Made by a program: the position numbers and the translations under genes. DNA of 62,155 nt, the filler included. It is 5 parts of 5 records of this genome, joined end to end, with 100 filler letters (N's around TTAATTAATTAA, not from the genome) between each part and the next. Parts side by side here need not be neighbours in the genome. Positions count along the whole stretch, not along the records: positions 54,975 to 62,155 come from DRR723986_17851; 4 more parts are not named here. The stretch is one strand, 5' to 3'. Positions 56,175 to 62,155 of the stretch are shown here, in pieces; the first letter of the stretch is position 1; each line of letters opens with the position of its first letter. Below the pieces are notes generated by a model. It worked only from the letters and a program-made list of their open reading frames with translations, had not been told where the DNA came from and ran no database searches.

Positions 56175-58583
56175 ATGCGCAAGCTTCTTATGGGCCTACT
56201 CATTTTGATGACCTTTCCGGCCGCTCATGCCGATCCGTGGCCAACAAAAATCTTCGACATTTACAAAGGCGATTCCGGTGTGATCAGCGCGGACGACGAG
56301 GAGGCATTGCCGACAGAGTCGGAACTTAAGAAGATCGAGGATTTTCTTTCATATGTCGCCACGCAGTTGGAGGCTTGGGGTTTTCCCGCCCCTGCGCTGG
56401 AGGTGTTCTCGGACGAAGCCTGTACGAAATGCTACCGCATTTATCTCGACGAGATGGTTCTGTCGTCTTCGGAAACTTTTGGCGGCACATCCAATTTCGG
56501 CTGGTCGTACACGACCGGCACCAATAATGTCATCACGCTCAACTCGGATCATGCCCTGACGCCAGATGGGCAAACTCTTCTGGCAGCGGCCTATGTCACA
56601 GCCGCCCATGAACTTTTCCACGCCGTACAGGACAGGACCAATTTCCTGTTTGACGATAACCCGGCTGTGGACCCGAACCCGGCCAGCCACTGGATCAAAG
56701 AAGGCACCGCAGATGCGGTCGCCATCTATCTGTTCGAAACCTATCCAAAACGGGCACAGATCAGTCCCAATCGGAAGGAAATCGAAGGGTTCAGCAAGTG
56801 GCGCCAGTTTGGCCCGCGTTCCTATGCTCTGCCGCTGCCCGTGAGGAACGATGAACCCAGCGATGAAATGGCGGACTACTACACCAGTTCATTCTGGCTC
56901 TATCTAGGAGAAACCGCGGCGGCGCGAAAGAACCTGAACACAGGGCCGCTTCCCGGTGTTGGTATTCAAGAGGCGGACTTCTCTTTCCTGGTCGACTTCT
57001 TCTCAGAGGAGAACCCCCGGTATTTTGACAAGTTCGTTCCATGGGCCCTGATCCGGGAGAAAGAGCTGGACTGGCTTGATGCCGCCCTCATGAAACACCC
57101 TCTGTTCTCACAGCACCTCGCGGAGACCCATGCCCGCTTCCTGACGACCATGGCAGGCTATTGGGACAATCGGTACAAGGATTACAGGTTCCGCAAGGAA
57201 CAATGGCTGAACATCTTCTTCGGGCGGTGTATCAACCTGCCGTTCAAGCCGGGCGGCGCGTCCACCGACCGGGAATTCGAAATCAGCGAACTGGCCGGCG
57301 GCTGTATCACGCTCGACCTGACAGGTGGCAGCGACCCGATTCAAGTCGACCTGCAGGTTACGACTCAGTCCAAGAAACAGACCAACCAGCTCTGGATCGG
57401 AACGGCGGGCGGCCAGGTTCTGGCCCGCAGAATTGAGCGTAAACCTCTGCCTGACGACAAAGGCGATCTTGGCATCTGGCGCGGTATCACCATCACACCC
57501 GGTACGCCGACCACACTGATCCTCGTCAATGCCGGGGATGATGCCGACGAAACAGAAGAAATCTCGGGATCGTTGCAAGTCACCTTCAATCATCGCAAGC
57601 AAGAATCGGCGGACGCAGGCCAAGTCGCTCCGCCCCGCGATACTGGCCCAAATGAACGAGCCGAGGCGCTGGAGGACCGGGTGGATGCCGCTGGCAGAAA
57701 GCTGACCATGAACGGGCAGTTCGCCATGCAGATCGATCAGTCTGATGATTACATGACCATTCACCTCGGCACCGCACCGATGGCCATGAATGCCTTGTTC
57801 GGTCTCAGCGGCTCCGGCGGCATTCTGGACCAGATGCTGACCGCGGGCGGCGCCATGGACAATGCAATCGCCGCCATGAACTCCGGCGAGCACTCCGGCG
57901 CGGAAACGGCCGGCGACGATGTCTATATCCGCATACCACGCATCCCGTACGGCTTCACCGGCACAATTGAGGGGGCACAGATTTCGACGGCGACCCGTGA
58001 CGGCACATCGCTGTTTGCTGTGGGTCCGCAGGATTCCGAGCCCGGTCCGCAACGCGATTTCCGTCCCAGCGGACGCGTGACTATCAAGGAATTTTCCCCG
58101 AAAGTCCTGATTGCCAGCTACTCGGCCGAATTCGTCGACCCGGAATCGCTCACGCCGCAGCAGATGAAACAATCGCAGCCGACCCTTAGCGTGGAATATT
58201 CAGGACTGGAGTCCTTCACTGTCTCCGCGCCCTGGGCCCATTTGGACGATGACAAGGAGTCGATGCCGGTCGATCCTTGGGGCGAAGCACGCTCAGACCT
58301 GCTGAAACGCCTGCCGCCGGAACTCGCCGGCTTTGGCAGCGACTTGGTCTCCGAAACACAGAGTGCCAGCGAAGAGGAACGTGAGCCCGATTTTTCCGGC
58401 ATCTCTTCAACCTATGGCGCGCCAGCCGGAATGTGTGACTGTTCTTGTCAGGCGCTGGCGGCGCTTGAGGAAATGGGGCGCGCCGCTGAAGCCGTCGGTC
58501 GTATGCCGACCGGCGAGGAACGCCAGCTTGCAGCCTGCGCCATGACATGCATGCAGCAATACGCCATGTGTGAGGCGGACTAG
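56175..58583 (+). CDS. Secreted gluzincin-type metalloprotease-like protein with a Cys-rich C-terminus
   Basis: AAAGGA RBS, signal peptide (AHA-D), TAAHELFHAVQ, WIKEGTA. Confidence 0.8.
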   Translation: MRKLLMGLLILMTFPAAHADPWPTKIFDIYKGDSGVISADDEEALPTESELKKIEDFLSYVATQLEAWGFPAPALEVFSDEACTKCYRIYLDEMVLSSSETFGGTSNFGWSYTTGTNNVITLNSDHALTPDGQTLLAAAYVTAAHELFHAVQDRTNFLFDDNPAVDPNPASHWIKEGTADAVAIYLFETYPKRAQISPNRKEIEGFSKWRQFGPRSYALPLPVRNDEPSDEMADYYTSSFWLYLGETAAARKNLNTGPLPGVGIQEADFSFLVDFFSEENPRYFDKFVPWALIREKELDWLDAALMKHPLFSQHLAETHARFLTTMAGYWDNRYKDYRFRKEQWLNIFFGRCINLPFKPGGASTDREFEISELAGGCITLDLTGGSDPIQVDLQVTTQSKKQTNQLWIGTAGGQVLARRIERKPLPDDKGDLGIWRGITITPGTPTTLILVNAGDDADETEEISGSLQVTFNHRKQESADAGQVAPPRDTGPNERAEALEDRVDAAGRKLTMNGQFAMQIDQSDDYMTIHLGTAPMAMNALFGLSGSGGILDQMLTAGGAMDNAIAAMNSGEHSGAETAGDDVYIRIPRIPYGFTGTIEGAQISTATRDGTSLFAVGPQDSEPGPQRDFRPSGRVTIKEFSPKVLIASYSAEFVDPESLTPQQMKQSQPTLSVEYSGLESFTVSAPWAHLDDDKESMPVDPWGEARSDLLKRLPPELAGFGSDLVSETQSASEEEREPDFSGISSTYGAPAGMCDCSCQALAALEEMGRAAEAVGRMPTGEERQLAACAMTCMQQYAMCEAD

Positions 58584-58600
58584 GGATTGGCCGCGCCTGA

Positions 58601-59272
58601 TCAGCCCGCGTTCGAAACGCCCCACATGGCGGCAAAGGCTGCGGCGACCGCAATGGCGAGGCGCAGCCAGGAAAGCTTTGCGTCGCTTAAGGATACATTG
58701 CCAAAGTCTTCACTGGCCCGGCGGCCGGTGACCATCGGGCGGACGAGATTGTCCTTGAAGAAGAACAGGTAGGCAACGATCGCCGCAACGTGCAGCCCGA
58801 TCAGGGCCAGCAGGATGTTGAAGCTGATCTCATGAATTTCCGCCGCCTGGCGCCCGGCCTCGAACGAGACAAGCGTCGCCAGCGGGCCGGATTCCAGACC
58901 ATCCACATCCACCGCGAAGAGGCCCGTGCCCACCTGCATGAACAGCGCCGCCAGAATGGCAATGACGCTGAGCGTGCCCATGGGATTGTGCCCGAAGCTC
59001 GGCTTGTGGACACCGCTGCGCAGGTTCCGAATATAGCCGAGAACGGCAGCCGGGCCGATGCGCCAGCTGCCGAACCGGGCCGTCTGCGGACCGATCAGCC
59101 CCCAGACGATCCGGAAGGCAAGCAGGCCAACAAGGATCATGCCCATCCGCCTGTGCCAGTCCATCACGCCATTCTCTGCCGTCCACCACATGGCAGCGAC
59201 GAGAAGGACAGCGGACCAGTGGAACAGGCGCAGGGCCCCGTCCCAGACGAGGATGCGCGTGCTGCCGGCCAT
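58601..59272 (-). CDS. Cytochrome b (Ni/Fe-hydrogenase b-type/b561 family)
   Basis: VWD..RLFHW, WH, RIVWG, GHNPMG, IHE, LHVAA, NLVRPMVTG. Confidence 0.93.
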   Translation of the reverse strand: MAGSTRILVWDGALRLFHWSAVLLVAAMWWTAENGVMDWHRRMGMILVGLLAFRIVWGLIGPQTARFGSWRIGPAAVLGYIRNLRSGVHKPSFGHNPMGTLSVIAILAALFMQVGTGLFAVDVDGLESGPLATLVSFEAGRQAAEIHEISFNILLALIGLHVAAIVAYLFFFKDNLVRPMVTGRRASEDFGNVSLSDAKLSWLRLAIAVAAAFAAMWGVSNAG

Positions 59273-59278
59273 GACGGA

Positions 59279-59809
59279 TCAGTCGTCCGCGCGGAAGGTT
59301 TCGTGGCAGGACTTGCAGGTGCCGCCAGTCGTGGCGAAGGCAGGGCCAATGACAGCCAGGTCACCGGTTTCCGCGGCCGTTGCCAGAGCGCCTGCTGCCA
59401 TCTGGAAGTCGGAGACTTTCTCGGTGAAGAGGTCCGGCTGTTCCCAGATCGCCGCCAGCGCATCGGTCTTCACGCCGGAGTCCGGGCCAGTGCCGGCCGG
59501 GAACCAGTCTGCCATGCCTTCGGATTCCACAGGCACGCTGGCAGCAGCCGCCTGGATGGCGGCCATGTCCGGCTCACTGGCTTTCAACTCGTCGCTGATC
59601 GTCTTGAACGCCTTGCCCATTTTCTTCAGCTGGCCCTGGCGCAGCTCGATCTGCTCTTTCGGGGTCATACCATTGTCGAGCACGACTTCTTCGGCAGCCG
59701 GGGCCGCAGCGTCTGCCGCAGGCGCGCTGCTGTCGCTGCCGCCGCACGCGGCCAGCAGGGACACACCGGCAATCGCGGCGAGGGCAAAAGTGGTTTGACG
59801 AATCTTCAT
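59279..59809 (-). CDS. Cytochrome c' (class II), lipoprotein
   Basis: Lipobox LAAC, Ala-rich linker, RQGQLK, WFPAG, IWE, C-terminal CKSCH. Confidence 0.92.
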   Translation of the reverse strand: MKIRQTTFALAAIAGVSLLAACGGSDSSAPAADAAAPAAEEVVLDNGMTPKEQIELRQGQLKKMGKAFKTISDELKASEPDMAAIQAAAASVPVESEGMADWFPAGTGPDSGVKTDALAAIWEQPDLFTEKVSDFQMAAGALATAAETGDLAVIGPAFATTGGTCKSCHETFRADD

Positions 59810-59984
59810 GCAAGTCTCCATGGGCTTTACCATGGGGACGGTAGGCGAAGCCTCCGACAGGCGCAATCGAAACCGGGGCTGAATGCGGCAAAGCGAACCG
59901 GCTGCCCATAGAAGGCGCAGGCGCCGATGTGCCGCGTGCAGCCGAATGTTCAAATCCACCGCGCAATCTGGCATAAGGACCGCC

Positions 59985-61001
59985 ATGATCACACGTATTG
60001 CCGCCTTTTACCTGTTCTTCCCGTTCCCGACCTTCGAGGCTGCGCGCGAGCCGCTGCGTGCCACGCTTGAGGCGGCCGGTGTCAAAGGCACCGTGCTGCT
60101 GGCGGCCGAGGGCGTCAACGGCACCATCGCCGCCAGCCCCGAGGGCATCGACACGGCGCTCGCCGCACTGCGCGCCCTGCCGGGGGCCGAAGCGCTGGAG
60201 GCCAAATTCTCCGAAGCGGACGAAAACCCGTTCCTGCGCCTGAAAGTGCGCCTGAAGCAGGAGATCGTCACCATGGGCGTGCCGGGCACGGACCCGAATT
60301 ACCTCGTCGGCACCTATGTCACGCCGGAAGACTGGAACGCCCTGATCAGCGACCCGGACACGGTGCTGATCGATACGCGCAATGACTATGAATATGCCAT
60401 CGGCACGTTCGAAGGCGCCATCGACCCGGAGACGAAGAGCTTCCGTGAATTTCCGGAATGGTTCCGCGCCTTCCGCGAGAAACTGGAAGCCGAAGGCCGC
60501 AAGCCGAAGATCGCCATGTTCTGCACCGGCGGCATCCGCTGTGAGAAAGCGACCAGCTTCGTGAAGGCCGAAGGCATCGACGACGTCTACCACCTGCACG
60601 GCGGTATCCTGAAATACCTGGAAGAGGTTCCGGAAGAAGAGAGCCTCTGGCGCGGCGAGTGTTTCGTGTTCGACGAGCGCGTCTCGGTGAAGCATGATCT
60701 GACGCCCGGCGACTATGACATGTGCCACGCCTGCAAGCGGCCGATCACTGAGGACGACAAGAAGGGCAACGCCTATGTGCCCGGCGTGTCCTGCCCGCAT
60801 TGCATCAATGAAATGACGCCGGACCAGAAGCGCCGCTTCGCTGAGCGCCAGAAGCAGATCAACCTCGCCCGCAAGCGCGGCGAGGCGCATATGGGTCCGG
60901 ACGCGGCCGCTATCGCCGCCCGTCGCCGCGAAGAGGCGCTGGAGGCGAAAGCGAAAGAGGCCGAGGAAGCAAAAGAGGCCGCCGGAACCGAAGATGCTTG
61001 A
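59985..61001 (+). CDS. trhO: Rhodanese-domain tRNA U34 hydroxylase (YceA/TrhO family)
   Basis: [52 protein letters not shown]. Confidence 0.93.
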   Translation: MITRIAAFYLFFPFPTFEAAREPLRATLEAAGVKGTVLLAAEGVNGTIAASPEGIDTALAALRALPGAEALEAKFSEADENPFLRLKVRLKQEIVTMGVPGTDPNYLVGTYVTPEDWNALISDPDTVLIDTRNDYEYAIGTFEGAIDPETKSFREFPEWFRAFREKLEAEGRKPKIAMFCTGGIRCEKATSFVKAEGIDDVYHLHGGILKYLEEVPEEESLWRGECFVFDERVSVKHDLTPGDYDMCHACKRPITEDDKKGNAYVPGVSCPHCINEMTPDQKRRFAERQKQINLARKRGEAHMGPDAAAIAARRREEALEAKAKEAEEAKEAAGTEDA

Positions 61002-61395
61002 GGGCAGCTGTCTTTGCGGCGCGGTGCGTTATGAGGTCACCGCCGACCCTGGCCCGATCATCCACTGCCATTGCCACACCTGCCGCAAGGCGCACGGCGC
61101 GGCCTTTTCCTCCGTCATGCCGGTCGCGCGGGACGCGTTCTGCTGGACAGCAGGTGAAGAGGCGCTGAACCGGTTTGAATCGAGCACGGGCAAATTCCGC
61201 CACTTCTGCACCAAATGCGGATCTCAGATCATGGCGGAGCGGGTGAACCAGCCCGTCTTGCTATTGCGGCTCGGCTGTCTCGACACCGAGATCGAAGGCA
61301 ATCCGCTGGGCCATATCTGGCGGTCCGATTGCGCCAGCTGGTACGACCCGAAAGACATACTTCCGGAATACCCGGAAGGCTTTCCCTCGAAGTGA
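60994..61395 (+). CDS. GFA (glutathione-dependent formaldehyde-activating) family protein
   Basis: [21 protein letters not shown]. Confidence 0.93.
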   Translation: MLEGSCLCGAVRYEVTADPGPIIHCHCHTCRKAHGAAFSSVMPVARDAFCWTAGEEALNRFESSTGKFRHFCTKCGSQIMAERVNQPVLLLRLGCLDTEIEGNPLGHIWRSDCASWYDPKDILPEYPEGFPSK

Positions 61396-62057
61396 TGCCG
61401 GACCCAGTCGCACCGATCCTCTACACGTTCCGCCGCTGCCCCTATGCCATGCGCGCGCGGCTCGCTTTGTCGTCGGCGCGGCTGGACATTCGCCTGCGGG
61501 AAGTCGTGCTGCGCGACAAGCCGGTGGCGATGCTGGAGGCAAGCCCCAAGGGCACCGTGCCCGTGCTGGTGCTGCCAAACCGCGAGGTGATCGACGAAAG
61601 CCTCGACGTGATGCGTTGGGCGCTGGCGCAGTCGGATCCCGAAAGCTGGCTCAGCGTCGATGCGGCAGAGACCGACGCGCTGATTGCCCAGAATGACGGG
61701 CCGTTCAAACGCGCGCTTGACCGCTACAAATACCCGAACCGGTATGAGGATGAGGGCGCAGACCCGGTGGACAACCGCAACGCGGGGCTGGCCATCCTCG
61801 AGGGCCTGTCGGAGCGGATCGCGGCCCATGGCGGGCAGCTGTTCGGCCCGGCGCCGACGCTGGCTGACATGGCCATCTTCCCCTTCGTCCGCCAGTTCGC
61901 CCACACAGACATGAACTGGTGGGAAAGCGCCGCGCCAGGCCCGGTGAAAACCTGGCTGGCGGGGCACAAGGAAAGCGCCCGCTTCCGTGCGATCATGAAG
62001 AAGTATCCGCAATGGGCGCCGGGCGAGGCCGAGCCCTCGCTACCTGTTGCCGGTTAA
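61395..62057 (+). CDS. Glutathione S-transferase family protein
   Basis: TGATG coupling; FRRCPYAMRAR, SPKGTVPVL, DESLDVM, LDRYKY, ADMAIFPFVRQF. Confidence 0.93.
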   Translation: MPDPVAPILYTFRRCPYAMRARLALSSARLDIRLREVVLRDKPVAMLEASPKGTVPVLVLPNREVIDESLDVMRWALAQSDPESWLSVDAAETDALIAQNDGPFKRALDRYKYPNRYEDEGADPVDNRNAGLAILEGLSERIAAHGGQLFGPAPTLADMAIFPFVRQFAHTDMNWWESAAPGPVKTWLAGHKESARFRAIMKKYPQWAPGEAEPSLPVAG

Positions 62058-62082
62058 GCTGCACCCGTCCGCTTTTGCCCCC

Positions 62083-62110
62083 TTGCAAAATCCGCCGCGC
62101 GGCGTAAACA
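62083..62110 (+). promoter_or_regulatory. Putative sigma70 promoter of the tRNA
   Basis: TTGCAA-16 nt-TAAACA, 15 nt upstream of the tRNA. Confidence 0.45.
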
Positions 62111-62125
62111 GCCCGTTCTTCGGCA

Positions 62126-62155
62126 CGGAGTGTAGCTCAGCCTGGTAGAGCACTG
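62126..62155 (+). tRNA. tRNA-Pro, 5' part (anticodon beyond the window)
   Basis: CGGAGTG-TA-GCTCAGCCTGGTAGAGC-A-CTG; a CGG start with this D-loop is typical of tRNA-Pro. Confidence 0.8.

Noticed and set aside
58790..60890. Long overlapping ORFs 58790-59911 (+) and 59574-60890 (-), also 57108-58172 and 61224-62012
   Set aside because: Antisense to well-supported genes in high-GC DNA; no recognisable domains

Overview
This window is not one locus. It is five unrelated contigs joined by 100-nt artificial spacers (N44-TTAATTAATTAA-N44) at 30302-30401, 41737-41836, 49426-49525 and 54875-54974. Taxonomic labels below are inferred from gene content and style only. (1) 1-30301, Planctomycete-like (Pirellulaceae style): four Cys-type sulfatases, a NodU/CmcH carbamoyltransferase, a beta-propeller/di-haem cytochrome c protein, a PQQ-repeat protein, tRNA-Leu(TAA), an isolated secretin coupled to a TPR lipoprotein, coaE, an EEP phosphatase, a PilZ-like protein, an amidohydrolase, a DUF4832-like protein, and a DUF1559 gene interrupted by one in-frame TGA. 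(2) 30402-41736, taxon unresolved: an FKBP lipoprotein with a degenerate active site, alpha-2-macroglobulin plus pbpC, and the start of a tandem array of paralogous lipoproteins with a conserved 66-bp leader. (3) 41837-49425, Marinobacter-like: betB-betA, a highly structured 266-bp MITE-like element, a BCCT transporter, ahpC and ahpF each with an OxyR box, and a partial transglutaminase. (4) 49526-54874, Alphaproteobacteria-like: a response regulator, a MASE1-CHASE-PAS hybrid kinase and an IS6 remnant. (5) 54975-62155, Hyphomonas-like: ispH, a hydrolase, a secreted gluzincin with a Cys-rich tail, cytochrome b/c', trhO, GFA, GST and the start of a tRNA-Pro. I cannot claim a confirmed new system. 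The best leads are the DUF1559 TGA with a SECIS-like hairpin, the lipoprotein array behind A2M-pbpC, the branched inverted-repeat element with a coupled uORF, the pseudo-FKBP, and the orphan secretin/TPR pair.
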